Positions 1-9,677 of a stretch of 64,000 nt of DNA are shown here, in pieces (the first letter of the stretch is position 1; each line of letters opens with the position of its first letter). The stretch comes from Pirellulaceae bacterium (GTDB taxonomy: Bacteria > Planctomycetota > Planctomycetia > Pirellulales > Pirellulaceae). The position numbers were made by a program, and so were the translations under genes. A model generated the notes under the pieces. The model saw nothing but the letters and a program-made list of their open reading frames with translations, had not been told where the DNA came from and did no database searches. The stretch spans positions 36,465 to 100,464 of the forward strand of contig CBDCWT010000007.1 in NCBI GenBank assembly GCA_965223305.1, read 5' to 3'.

Positions 1-3
1 GTA

Positions 4-978
4 TTGGGAACCGTCGCGGTGGGTGGGGTCATCTATCTCGCGTGGCAGCTGTTCGACCCGACCGCTGCGTTGATCGCCGGTTTGGCTGCTGCCTGCTACC
101 CCGGCGCGATTGGGATGAGTGTCTTCATCCTGAGCGAAGCCCCCTTCTGTCCGTTCATGTTGGCCCAGCTGATCTGCTGGGCCGCAGCTGCCGATCGTTT
201 CGGTTCCTCCGGTCGCTGGTTGGTCTATGCCGGTCTAGGAGGTTGCGCCGCTGGTGTCGCTAACTTGATTCGACCCAGCTGGATTCTGTTCACTCCGCTG
301 GTGGCGGTGTTAGCAGCTCTCTGCGGGCGCTCGCAGCGGCAGCACTTGTTCATTGCCACCACGATGATGCTCGCCACGGCGGTCACGATGTCTCCCTGGT
401 GGATCCGGAACTACCAGATCACCGGGGCGTTCGTTCCCACGACGCTCGAGATCGGTGCCAGCCTCTACGACGGACTCAACCCGCAGGCCACTGGCGGTAG
501 CGACATGCGGTTCGTGGACGACTTTCGCAGCCGGTACCAGACAGCAGAGATCGATTCACCGGAGCACGCCGAGGTTTACGAAGTACGTCTGAGCCACGCG
601 ATGCGGGCTGCCGCTGTCGATTGGGCTCGCAAGAACCCTGGCCGCGTGGTCGAGCTGGCAGGAAGCAAGTTCTTAAGAATGTGGAGCCCTTGGCCCAACG
701 CCAGCGAGCTGCAGAGCAGGACCTTTCGGTGGCTGACCGCAGCCGGCTATCTGCCGCTCTTGATTGCAGGGGTGTGGGGTGGTGTTCGCTTTTTCTCCAA
801 GGGTTGGATGATCTGGATGTGTCTGCTGCCGGCGGTTTACTTTACGGCGCTGCACATCGTCTTTGTTAGCTCCATTCGGTACCGCCAGCCGGCGATGTTG
901 CCGCTGATCGTGCTGGCCGCGGGTGCCGTGACGAGTTTCAGCGGATGGAAAGCACTGCGAAGGCATGGAAGCAGCTAA
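4..978 (+). CDS. GT-C fold membrane glycosyltransferase, ArnT/PMT_2-like; 5' end truncated by the window edge
   Basis: Multi-TM hydrophobic N-terminal part, then a C-terminal segment with the WWIRNYQITGAFVP...SLYDGLN pattern typical of GT39/GT83 C-termini. The ORF runs to the first base of the window. Confidence 0.5.
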   Translation: MGTVAVGGVIYLAWQLFDPTAALIAGLAAACYPGAIGMSVFILSEAPFCPFMLAQLICWAAAADRFGSSGRWLVYAGLGGCAAGVANLIRPSWILFTPLVAVLAALCGRSQRQHLFIATTMMLATAVTMSPWWIRNYQITGAFVPTTLEIGASLYDGLNPQATGGSDMRFVDDFRSRYQTAEIDSPEHAEVYEVRLSHAMRAAAVDWARKNPGRVVELAGSKFLRMWSPWPNASELQSRTFRWLTAAGYLPLLIAGVWGGVRFFSKGWMIWMCLLPAVYFTALHIVFVSSIRYRQPAMLPLIVLAAGAVTSFSGWKALRRHGSS

Positions 979-3900
979 TCGAGCCGATTCGCGAGGCCTC
1001 CTCCATTGCGCCGGGGACTACCTGCGCTGGTTGTTGGTCCTGCTGCTGATCACTTCCTCGATCGGGCTGGCAGGACTCTATCTGCTGCAAACGCGGCTGG
1101 ACGATGAGATTCGCCGTCACCTCGAGAGTAAGTTCCAGGACCACTACGCTGACTTGCTGGTCAAGATAAAGTCCGCGCGCCGGCTCCCACGAGGTGGCAT
1201 TGAGGTGCGGGGGCTATCGATTGCAGCGCCCACGGAGGGCGGGACGGCGATCCTGCTAGCGCAGGTGGACGAGTTGCTGGTCGATTGTGACACCCGGCTT
1301 AGTGAACTGCTCTCGGATCGAGCGGGTGCCCGGCAGTTGATTGTGCGCCGGTTGCTGCTCCGTCCAACGCGTTATTCGGACGGGTCGTGGAGTACTAGTC
1401 GCCTGCTGCCGCTGCCCAAGTTTGGCCGCACACCCCCTGCCGCGAAGATCGAGTCTGGCAGGATCGAGTTTTGTGATGCCAGTGGCCAGCAACCTGAGTA
1501 CTGGACGGTGGACAACGTAGAACTTCACGTCGACCCTCGGCGTGATCGGGAACGTCCGGCAGCCAAAGGGGGAGGCGGCGCGCCGAGCCTGTTGCGGGTC
1601 GCCGAGTTGGTGACCTCGTTTGGACCCGCGGGACCGGCCGAGTCGCGCCGGCCTCCCGCGGATAACAGCATGCCCGTGTTTGCGGTCCGCGGCCGTCTGG
1701 CGAACGACATCTTGGGGAGCGTCGAGTGCCGTGGGCAAGTCGACTTTTCCAATAACCGGTGGGATTTGGCGGGAACCGTTCAACAGCTGCCAGTTTCAGC
1801 AGGCGCCATCGATGCCTTGCCTCGCTATTGGGCCGGCAAACTCTCGCTGCTGCGAGCCCTCAGGGGGACCGCAGCCTTCGAGTACCGCTTCAGCCGTGAT
1901 TCGCAACAGCCACCAGCTTTTGAGGTTGTGGGAGAGTTCAGGGGCGAGATCGACGATGTCCGTCTGCCGCGTGCTATTCGGGAGGTTCAGATTCCCTTTC
2001 GCTGCGACGAGCGGTCGTTGGTTGTCGAGCGGGCAACCGGACGTCTTGGCCAGTCGCTGCTGGTCGCCAGTTGCAAGCGATTCGGCTGGGATCCGACTAG
2101 CGCGCTGCGCTGTTCGTTGCGCGCCGAGCAGTTTGTATTCGACCAGTCTTTGCGAACTGCGGTGCGAGGAGCTTGGCAAGAGCACTGGGACCGCTTTGCC
2201 CCCGAGGGGATTGTGGACGCCGATGTGACGCTTACATTCGACGGGCGCCAGTGGCAACATGAGATCGACGTGCTGTGCCGGGGTTGTTCGTTCGCTTACG
2301 AGCAGTTCCCCTATCGCCTGACCGATACGCAAGGTCACATCTACTGCGACAGCCGCGAGCTGCGTATCGAGAACCTGCAGGCACTTGCCGCCGGGCGACC
2401 AGTGCGTATCTCGGGAACGCTGCAAAATCCTGGTGCCGAGGCCACGGGCTGGATCGAAGCTCACGGGGAACAGCCGATTCCGATCGACGAGCGGCTGATT
2501 ACTGCGCTGCGTACCAATGGACCGCATAACCAGCCCGGCCCGCGAGAAATCGTGCGGTCCTTGCATCCCCATGGACATTTGACGTTTTTTTGGCGTTCTG
2601 GACGGGACTCGGTCGATCATGCTCCCAGCCGCCATCTACAGATCGGGTTGCACGATTGCGCGGTTCGCTACGACAAGTTCCTGTACCGGATCTACGGCAT
2701 CCACGGGCGGCTGACGATGCAGGATGACCGTTGGCAGATTGTCGACCTGCGGGGGCGGCACGGCAGCGGCAGCATCGGCTGTCTCGGAAACTGGCAACCG
2801 GACGGGTTGGGCGGCTGCCGCGTCGCGCTCGACTTTCACGCTGGGGACGTTCCCCTTGACGATGAGTTGAGAGATGCGCTGCACGAAGGGCCGCGCCAGG
2901 TGTGGAAGCAGTTGAGGCCCCGCGGGACGATCGACGAGTTGCACGTGGCTGTGAGATTTCAGTCCGCTCCGCGGCAGCTCGACGTCGGCGTGACGGCGCG
3001 CAAGGCAGCCGGGATCCCGGACGCGGGTGGGCGCAGCATTACGGTCATACCCCGCTGGTTTCCGTATCAACTAGACCAAGTGACCGGCCAGTTCGAGTTT
3101 TCTCAAGGTCAGATCACGCTCCGTGAAGTCCAAGCGCGGCATGGACCAACTCGGATTCGGCTGGCGGGTTGGGTCGACCGGCCCGCTCCAGACACGTGGC
3201 AACTTCGACTTTCGGAACTTCATGCCGATGGTGTGAGGATGACTCATGATTTGGTGGCCGCGCTGCCGGCTCCGCTGCAGCGGGCGGCCTCGAAGTTGGA
3301 CGTCGAAGGCCCTTTGAACCTGAGTGGCTCGATCGCACTCGGTGGCACGCGCGGCGAGCCGACGGTGCGCACGTCCGAGTGGGACGTTGACCTCGATCTA
3401 GAGAACGGTAGTGTTCATTGTGGGACACGCTTTGACCATATCCACGGAGGAGTCCATCTGAAGGGCGGTCACGGACCACAGGGCATGACTGGGCACGGCC
3501 TGTTGGAGGTCGATTCGGTGGTGTTTCAGGGTGTGCAGTTGACGAGTGTGCGGGGTCCGATGAGCATCGATCAAAACCGACTGGCCTTCGGCCGTTGGAC
3601 GCTCCCCCGCGGTCCCCACGACCGACCACCAGCCGTGTCTGCCCGCGGGCTCGGTGGGACAATTTCGACGAGCGCTGTAGTGGGATTCGGCGATACCGGC
3701 TTCAAGCTGGAGGCGCGACTGCACTCCGGTGATCTGTCGGTGATTTCACGGGAGGCGACGGCCCGGCGGCACGACATCTCAGGCGACGCGTTTGGCTCGA
3801 TCCAGTTGAGTGGATCCAGTCACGGCGTGCACACGTTGCGTGGCCAGGGGCAGCTTCAGTTGCGCGAAGCAGATATCTACAAATTACCCGTGTTGGCCCG

Positions 3901-4273
3901 CTTGTTAAAACTGCTCCGCATTCGCCCGCCCGACGAAACGGCGTTCACCTCCAGCGACCTTGACTATCGAGTGGTGGGCGATCACATCTATTTCGATCAC
4001 ATCGATTTTCAGGGGGATGCGATCAGCCTTGAAGGGCAAGGTGAAATGGACTTTCAACGCAAGCTGAATCTCACGTTCGCTGCTTCGGTGGGGCGGGATG
4101 ACGACCAACCGATCTGGATGCTGGTGCGCCCGATCTTGAAGGAAGCCGGACGCCATCTCATGTCGATTCGCGTCACCGGCACTTTGCAGGACCCACAGAC
4201 CGAGCCCATCGCTTTGCCGGACGTCAACGAGGGGTTCCAGCAAGTATTCCCGGAAACACCGTTGGGGGGATGA
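965..4273 (+). CDS. Large (about 1100 aa) membrane-anchored beta-rich protein, AsmA/TamB-like (hypothetical)
   Basis: A single N-terminal TM helix (LRWLLVLLLITSSIGLAGLYLL) and a long soluble body with no enzymatic motifs; this architecture resembles the AsmA/DUF3971/TamB family. The start overlaps the upstream gene by 14 nt. Confidence 0.4.
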   Translation: MEAANRADSRGLLHCAGDYLRWLLVLLLITSSIGLAGLYLLQTRLDDEIRRHLESKFQDHYADLLVKIKSARRLPRGGIEVRGLSIAAPTEGGTAILLAQVDELLVDCDTRLSELLSDRAGARQLIVRRLLLRPTRYSDGSWSTSRLLPLPKFGRTPPAAKIESGRIEFCDASGQQPEYWTVDNVELHVDPRRDRERPAAKGGGGAPSLLRVAELVTSFGPAGPAESRRPPADNSMPVFAVRGRLANDILGSVECRGQVDFSNNRWDLAGTVQQLPVSAGAIDALPRYWAGKLSLLRALRGTAAFEYRFSRDSQQPPAFEVVGEFRGEIDDVRLPRAIREVQIPFRCDERSLVVERATGRLGQSLLVASCKRFGWDPTSALRCSLRAEQFVFDQSLRTAVRGAWQEHWDRFAPEGIVDADVTLTFDGRQWQHEIDVLCRGCSFAYEQFPYRLTDTQGHIYCDSRELRIENLQALAAGRPVRISGTLQNPGAEATGWIEAHGEQPIPIDERLITALRTNGPHNQPGPREIVRSLHPHGHLTFFWRSGRDSVDHAPSRHLQIGLHDCAVRYDKFLYRIYGIHGRLTMQDDRWQIVDLRGRHGSGSIGCLGNWQPDGLGGCRVALDFHAGDVPLDDELRDALHEGPRQVWKQLRPRGTIDELHVAVRFQSAPRQLDVGVTARKAAGIPDAGGRSITVIPRWFPYQLDQVTGQFEFSQGQITLREVQARHGPTRIRLAGWVDRPAPDTWQLRLSELHADGVRMTHDLVAALPAPLQRAASKLDVEGPLNLSGSIALGGTRGEPTVRTSEWDVDLDLENGSVHCGTRFDHIHGGVHLKGGHGPQGMTGHGLLEVDSVVFQGVQLTSVRGPMSIDQNRLAFGRWTLPRGPHDRPPAVSARGLGGTISTSAVVGFGDTGFKLEARLHSGDLSVISREATARRHDISGDAFGSIQLSGSSHGVHTLRGQGQLQLREADIYKLPVLARLLKLLRIRPPDETAFTSSDLDYRVVGDHIYFDHIDFQGDAISLEGQGEMDFQRKLNLTFAASVGRDDDQPIWMLVRPILKEAGRHLMSIRVTGTLQDPQTEPIALPDVNEGFQQVFPETPLGG

Positions 4274-4313
4274 TTCGCAAGTGATGTCACCAAACGCGTA
4301 GCGGAGGCTAATC

Positions 4314-4637
4314 ATGAGCGTAGGACCATTAGGAATGGCTAGTAGTGTTGCGGGAACTGCCCAGTCGACTGGCAGCGATCCAGATCGAACTCAGCAAGAG
4401 AATTCGGTCCAGCAAAGCAAGGTTCAGTCGGATCGGCGTGCCGAATCGGCGAGCGGCGTTGGCGAAACGGTCGAGGACCAAGAGACGACCGATCGGGATG
4501 GAGACGGTCACCGTCTGTGGGAGCAACCCCCGGAGGGTGAGGATCGCAGTGACGATGGTCAAGCGGACACCCCAGAGCCGCCGTTGAGCAAGGACGCGTC
4601 TGGTGAGTGTGGCGCGAATCTCGATTTGAGTGGTTGA
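4314..4637 (+). CDS. Small acidic low-complexity protein (hypothetical)
   Basis: GGAGG lies 7 nt upstream of the ATG. The 107-aa protein is Asp/Glu/Ser-rich and probably disordered. No recognisable domain. Confidence 0.3.
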   Translation: MSVGPLGMASSVAGTAQSTGSDPDRTQQENSVQQSKVQSDRRAESASGVGETVEDQETTDRDGDGHRLWEQPPEGEDRSDDGQADTPEPPLSKDASGECGANLDLSG

Positions 4638-4710
4638 GTGTTGGTTTTGTTTGCGGGGTTGCCTTCTGTTTCTCATCGTTTTGGCTACCGCTGTGATTCC
4701 CTTTACCAAG

Positions 4711-5544
4711 ATGCACGGTACCGGCAACGACTACATCTACTTGGATTGTTTTCAGTTGCCGATTCCTGCGGATCCCAGCTCGCTCGCGCAGCGGATGTCG
4801 AATCGGCGATTCGGCGTGGGTGGCGACGGGCTCATTTTGATCTGTCCATCGGGGCGGGCGGACGCGAAGATGCGGATGTTCAACGCCGACGGATCCGAAG
4901 CGGAGATGTGCGGCAATGGGATCCGTTGTGTGGCAAAGTACTTGTTTGAACGCGGGATTTGTCCACGGCGCGAGCTCGCGATCGAGACAGGCAACGGGGT
5001 GCTCGAGCTACGACTTGAGGAGAACGCGGGGAGGGTTGAGCAGATTTGCGTCGATATGGGGGAACCGATTCTGGATCCGGCCAAGATTCCCACCCGACTA
5101 CGAGGTGCCGATGGCGGGCCGGTCGTCGACGTGCCGCTCACAGTCTCGGCAAGATCACTACCGGCGACTTGCGTTTCGATGGGGAACCCACATTGCGTCC
5201 TGTTTGTCGATCAAGCTGATGACGACAAAGTGTTGGGTTGGGGGCCGCAGATTGAACGGGCCGATCTTTTTCCCAACGCGACCAACGTCGAGTTTGTGGA
5301 GGTACAGTCGCCTCACGAGGTACGGCAGCGCACTTGGGAACGCGGTACGGGCGAGACTTGGGCGTGTGGTACAGGTGCCTGCGCGGTTTGCGTGGCCGGT
5401 GTGCTGACCGGCCGGACCGCAAGGCGACTGGTTGTCCAGCTGCGCGGCGGCCGCCTCGACCTGCACTGGGACGAAGCAGACAATCATGTCTATCTGACAG
5501 GCCCTGCTGAAGAGGTTTTTACGGGTGAGTGGCAGGATGGCTGA
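4711..5544 (+). CDS. dapF: Diaminopimelate epimerase
   Basis: MHGTGNDYIYLD N-terminus; catalytic Cys motifs (MCGNGIRC and WACGTGACAV). The internal Met at 4711 was chosen as start. Confidence 0.85.
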   Translation: MHGTGNDYIYLDCFQLPIPADPSSLAQRMSNRRFGVGGDGLILICPSGRADAKMRMFNADGSEAEMCGNGIRCVAKYLFERGICPRRELAIETGNGVLELRLEENAGRVEQICVDMGEPILDPAKIPTRLRGADGGPVVDVPLTVSARSLPATCVSMGNPHCVLFVDQADDDKVLGWGPQIERADLFPNATNVEFVEVQSPHEVRQRTWERGTGETWACGTGACAVCVAGVLTGRTARRLVVQLRGGRLDLHWDEADNHVYLTGPAEEVFTGEWQDG

Positions 5545-5547
5545 GCG

Positions 5548-6307
5548 TTGGTTCTTGGTAGGCAAACGGACGAAATGTTGAAAACACTGACTCAAAGGGC
5601 GGGTGGTTTGGCGATCGCGTCGCTGACGCGGGCCTGGATGAGCACGCTGGACTACCGCGCTTACTACTACGACCGTGCGTTGATGGACCCCGCACATCCG
5701 GCGTTTCGCGGGCCTGCAATTTTTCTGTTTTGGCACGAATACATTCCGTTTCCGTTTTACTTGCGCGGCCACTGCAACATCGCGATGTTGCTGAGTCGGC
5801 ATCAGGACGCCGAGTGGCTTTCGCAAGCAGCTCGGCATATGGGATTTCAGACGGTGCGGGGGGTCGACCAACCGCGGCGGGGTGGCAGCGATTCGGCAGC
5901 TGCTTCGCAAGAGCCGTTCGATGAACTTGGCGATCACTCCCGACGGTCCTCGCGGGCCGCGACGGCGGCTGGCGACTGGGCCCGTCTTTCTGGCGTCTAA
6001 GCTGGGGATCCCGATCATCACGGCGGGTTTCGGCTACGACCGGCCGTGGCGTCTGAACACCTGGGACGCATTTGCGGTTCCTCGACCCTACTCGCGAGCG
6101 CGGGGCATCTTAGGGCCTTCGATCAGGATCGATCCCAGCTTGGATCGTGCGGGTTTGGAGTCGGCGAGGCAGCATGTCGAGTCGGTGTTGAATGGAGTGA
6201 GTGCGCAGGCTGAAGAGTGGGCGACTACCGGACGCCGTGTACACGGCGAGTCGGCGGTTCGCCGTGAGGCGGCCCAGATCATCTCCAAAGTGCACAAAGC
6301 GGCGTAG
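5548..6307 (+). CDS. DUF374 lysophospholipid-acyltransferase-like protein, interrupted by a +1 frameshift in a G6 homopolymer (5858-5863)
   Basis: The N-terminal half (FWHEY..., VRG) is in frame 1. The conserved RGG...IRQLLRK...AITPDGPRGP half is in frame 2. Removing one G from the G6 run restores a continuous VRGSTNRGGVAAIRQLL... reading frame. Confidence 0.6.
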
Positions 6308-6411
6308 CCGCCACCAAAGTCCGTTCTCCCCTCCGGGGAGGTCGTGCAGCTTTAAGTTGGTGCGTGACTCGTGTTTCTTTACTCTCCCCTCGGGGAGAGT
6401 CGGTTTCGCTG

Positions 6412-6960
6412 GGGAAACCGTGGGCTAACGCCCAGCGGCTGATTTGTAGCGTAGCCGAACTCGCCAGAGTTTGGCGGAATGCGCGAAGCGTAAGATGCAC
6501 GACCTCCAAGGTGGGAGGGTGACGTGGACGCTCGTCTTTCTTCACTCTCCCCTTGGGGAGAGTCGGCCCGAAGGGCCGGAGAGGGGGGGGCTCCCAGACG
6601 CTACGCGTCGGTTTTGCTGAGGAACCGTGGGCTAACGCCCAGCGGCTGATTTGCAGCGTAGCCGAACTCGCCAGAGTTTGGCGGAATGCGCGAAGCGTAA
6701 GATGCACGACCTCCAAGTGGGAGGGTGACGTGGACGCTCGTCTTTCTTCACTCTCCCCTTGGGGAGAGTCGGCCCGAAGGGCCGGAGAGGGGGGGGGCCT
6801 CCCAGACGCTACGCGTCGGTTTTGCTGAGGAACCGTGGGCTAACGCCCAGCGGCTGATTTGCAGCGTAGCCGAACTCGCCAGAGTTTGGCGGAATGCGCG
6901 AAGCGTAAGATGCACGACCTCCGCGTGGGAGGGTAAGAAGTCGATGTCCGCAGGTTTTGT
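6412..6960. repeat. Tandem array of about 208-bp units (3 copies plus a partial copy) of dispersed repeat family B
   Basis: Units start at about 6412, 6622 and 6829 and are near-identical. Each contains gaaccgtgggctaacgcccagcggctgatttgcagcgtagccgaactcgccagagtttggcgg and the palindrome actctccccttggggagagtcggcccgaagggccggagagggggg. A related hairpin-rich leader spans 6300-6411. Confidence 0.9.
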
Positions 6961-7053
6961 GAAGCGCAAAGCTGTACGACCCCACCGGGGAGAAGGTGGC
7001 CGAACCGATCTACGTATTGACGTATTGACGGAAATTGTGAGACCCCTGACGAT

Positions 7054-8292
7054 GTGGGGATGACGCACGCGAGTTCGCAGGAGCCGTTCTCTGTTACGGC
7101 GCTAACCCACCTCCTGAAGGAAACCGTCGAGGCGGCCTTTCCTTCGATTTGGATCTGGGGCGAGGTGACCAACGTCTCCAGCCCTCGTTCGGGCCACATC
7201 TACTTCACGCTCAAGGACGCGGGAGCGCAGATCCGTGCCGTGATTTGGCGAAGCGCCGCAAGTCGCCTGCGATTCCAGCTCGAGGACGGGATGGAGGTCG
7301 TCTGTGGCGGTGGTCTCGACCTCTATCCGCCTCGTGGTAGCTACCAATTGGTGGTGCAAACAGTCGAGCCGCGTGGTCTGGGTGCTCAGCAACAGGCCTT
7401 GCGGCAGCTCCAAGCGCGTCTGGCGGCCGAGGGCCTTTTTGCCTCGCAACACAAGCGGTCACTGCCCCGGTTTCCTCAGCAGATTGCCCTGGTGACCAGT
7501 CCGACGGGCGCGGCGATTCGCGACTTCTGCGAAGTGGCCGCGCGGCGATGGAGCGCGGAGATCGTGGTGATTCCTGTTCGCGTTCAGGGCGTCGGTGCTG
7601 CCCAGGAGATCGCGGCGGCGATTCAAGCCGTCGATCGCCTGCAGCCGGCTCCTGATGTGATGGTGGTCGGCCGTGGTGGCGGTAGCGCCGAAGATCTCTG
7701 GGCCTTCAATCACGAAGCGGTGGTGCGGGCCATCTTTGCTGCACGCGTTCCGGTCGTTTCCGCCGTAGGGCATGAGATCGACGTTACGCTCTGCGATCTC
7801 GTGGCGGACGTACGCGCGCTCACTCCGTCCGAGGCGGCAGAGTTGGTGGTCCCGGCTCGTGAGGAGTTGGTTCATCAACTGGATCGTCACCGTCATCGGA
7901 TGGCGGCTTTGTTGCGAGCTCGAGCGGTCGCTGCGCGGAGCAGGTTGCAATCGATCGCGGAAAGTCGTGTGTTTCGCCGCCCTCACGAGCGGTTGCAGCT
8001 GTGGACGCGCCGCTTGGACGAATGCGAGTCGCGGATGGCGCGGGCGATGCGGGTCCTGCATCGTCGCTCGTCTGAACGTGTTGGCAACGCCGCGGTCCGC
8101 TTGGAGGCGCTAAATCCTCTGGCCGTTTTGGCGCGTGGATACTGCATCGCCCAGCGATCGGATGACGGTCGGATCATCGTGGATGCGCAGCAGGTGATGC
8201 CGGGCGATCGGATCACAACAACGTTGGCGGAGGGGACGGTGACGAGCCGAGTCGAGCAGATCGGGAAGAGTGCAGGAACTCCGAGCGGGTGA
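7054..8292 (+). CDS. xseA: Exodeoxyribonuclease VII large subunit
   Basis: N-terminal OB-fold signature (IWIWGEVTNVS...GHIYFTLKD) and a length of 412 aa. Followed by xseB. Confidence 0.9.
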   Translation: MGMTHASSQEPFSVTALTHLLKETVEAAFPSIWIWGEVTNVSSPRSGHIYFTLKDAGAQIRAVIWRSAASRLRFQLEDGMEVVCGGGLDLYPPRGSYQLVVQTVEPRGLGAQQQALRQLQARLAAEGLFASQHKRSLPRFPQQIALVTSPTGAAIRDFCEVAARRWSAEIVVIPVRVQGVGAAQEIAAAIQAVDRLQPAPDVMVVGRGGGSAEDLWAFNHEAVVRAIFAARVPVVSAVGHEIDVTLCDLVADVRALTPSEAAELVVPAREELVHQLDRHRHRMAALLRARAVAARSRLQSIAESRVFRRPHERLQLWTRRLDECESRMARAMRVLHRRSSERVGNAAVRLEALNPLAVLARGYCIAQRSDDGRIIVDAQQVMPGDRITTTLAEGTVTSRVEQIGKSAGTPSG

Positions 8293-8344
8293 TGCAGCAG
8301 ATCGCAGCAGCTCGTAACGACGACAGTGAAAACGGGAGACGGAA

Positions 8345-8737
8345 ATGACGGAAACAGGGCCGACTGCCCAGGGCGGGAACGAAGAGGAGCTTGGGAGCCG
8401 TTCGGCGGAGCCGTCGTTCGAGGCGGCGATGCAGCAGCTCGAGCAGCTGACCAGGCGGCTCGAGGATGGCGATTTAGGATTGAGCGAGTCGTTGGCCTGC
8501 TACGCTGAGGGTATCGAGCTGATCAAACAGTGTCACGGCATGTTGCGGCACGCAGAACAGAAAATCTCCCTACTCACAGAGATCGACGACTCGGGAAGTG
8601 CGAAAACCGAGCCATTCGACGAGGCGGCGATGACCCTTGAGGAGAAGCAGCAGGCGCGTGGCCGCCGGCGGTCTCATCGCAGCAGCCCTCCTGCACTGGA
8701 TGACTCCGACATGGACATCCAGAAGGGCCTATTTTAG
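8345..8737 (+). CDS. xseB: Exodeoxyribonuclease VII small subunit, with a C-terminal charged extension
   Basis: The FEAAMQQLEQLTRRLEDGDLGLSESLACYAEGIELIKQC core matches XseB. The ORF is about 130 aa against a typical 70-80 aa. Confidence 0.8.
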   Translation: MTETGPTAQGGNEEELGSRSAEPSFEAAMQQLEQLTRRLEDGDLGLSESLACYAEGIELIKQCHGMLRHAEQKISLLTEIDDSGSAKTEPFDEAAMTLEEKQQARGRRRSHRSSPPALDDSDMDIQKGLF

Positions 8738-8780
8738 AATTGAACTATCGAATGTGGCTTCGATTTCCCATAAGCCTACG

Positions 8781-9674
8781 ATGGTACAGAGTCCGGTCAG
8801 TTCATTTCAGGATTACGCTTGCCAGCTTCGAGCGGAAATCGACGCAGCTTTGGACGGCTACAGCACGTTCGACGACGACTGTCCTCCGACGCTCTGCGAG
8901 GCGATTCGCTACAGTCTGCTGGCACCCGGCAAACGCCTGCGGCCGCTGTTGGTGTTTTTGGCGGCTGAGGCATGTGGTGGCGATCGCGGCCGCGCTGTTC
9001 CCGCCGCTTGCGCCATCGAGATGGTCCATACCTACTCGTTGATTCATGATGACTTGCCGTCGATGGACGATGATGACATGCGGCGGGGCCGGCCGAGCTG
9101 TCACGCCCGTTTTGGCGAGGCGACTGCGATTTTGGCTGGTGACGCTCTGCTTGCCAGGGCGTTTGAGCTGCTAGCTGGCTTGGAGCCGCCCCAGCTGGCG
9201 GCCAGTTGTTGCCGCGAATTGGCTGCGGCTGCGGGGGCCTCGGCGCTCGTCGGCGGCCAGGCGGATGACTTGGCTGTTGAGTTCTCCCAAGCGGGGCTCG
9301 AGCAGCTGGAGCGGATTCACCGCCGTAAGACGGGCGCCATGTTCCGCGCCGCTGTCGGTCTGGGCGGCATAGTAGCGGGGGCCGGTGAGGGTGCCCGGGA
9401 GTTGCTGGATCGTTACGGCCAGTGTGTCGGGCTCGCCTTTCAGATCACGGATGATCTCTTGGATGTCGGAGGTGACGAGGCGGTGGCTGGCAAGCGGACC
9501 GGCAAAGACCGTCAGCGTGGCAAGTTGACGTTCCCCCTGCTGTTGGGGGAGGACGAGAGTAGGCACCGCGCCGCCGAGCTGATTGAGGCGGCGAGCGCGG
9601 CAGCTCGACAACTGGGCGCTAAAGCAGCTCACCTGGAGTCGCTTGCCCGCTTTGTGTTGAAAAGGGACCGTTAA
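8781..9674 (+). CDS. ispA: Polyprenyl (farnesyl/geranylgeranyl) diphosphate synthase
   Basis: First Asp-rich motif LIHDDLPSMDDDDMRRG and second motif DD..D (FQITDDLLDV). The internal Met at 8781 was chosen as start. This is the classical xseB-ispA-dxs arrangement. Confidence 0.8.
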   Translation: MVQSPVSSFQDYACQLRAEIDAALDGYSTFDDDCPPTLCEAIRYSLLAPGKRLRPLLVFLAAEACGGDRGRAVPAACAIEMVHTYSLIHDDLPSMDDDDMRRGRPSCHARFGEATAILAGDALLARAFELLAGLEPPQLAASCCRELAAAAGASALVGGQADDLAVEFSQAGLEQLERIHRRKTGAMFRAAVGLGGIVAGAGEGARELLDRYGQCVGLAFQITDDLLDVGGDEAVAGKRTGKDRQRGKLTFPLLLGEDESRHRAAELIEAASAAARQLGAKAAHLESLARFVLKRDR

Positions 9675-9677
9675 GCG

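Noticed and set aside
1256-3724. Several minus-strand ORFs of 100-280 aa (1256-1783, 1796-2635, 2636-3070, 3114-3662) inside the 965-4273 gene.
   Set aside because: They are antisense to a long, motif-supported coding frame and Arg/Pro/Ser-rich, which is typical of GC-rich shadow ORFs.
6300-6960. Possible CRISPR array.
   Set aside because: The units are about 208 bp and near-identical throughout. There is no alternation of short repeats (about 30 bp) with unique spacers.
6279-7068. Four long ORFs on both strands (6279-6716 -, 6553-6828 +, 6725-7063 +, 6748-7068 -).
   Set aside because: They lie entirely within the 208-bp tandem repeat array. The repeated peptide segments and both-strand openness are artefacts of the high-GC palindromic repeat, not genes.
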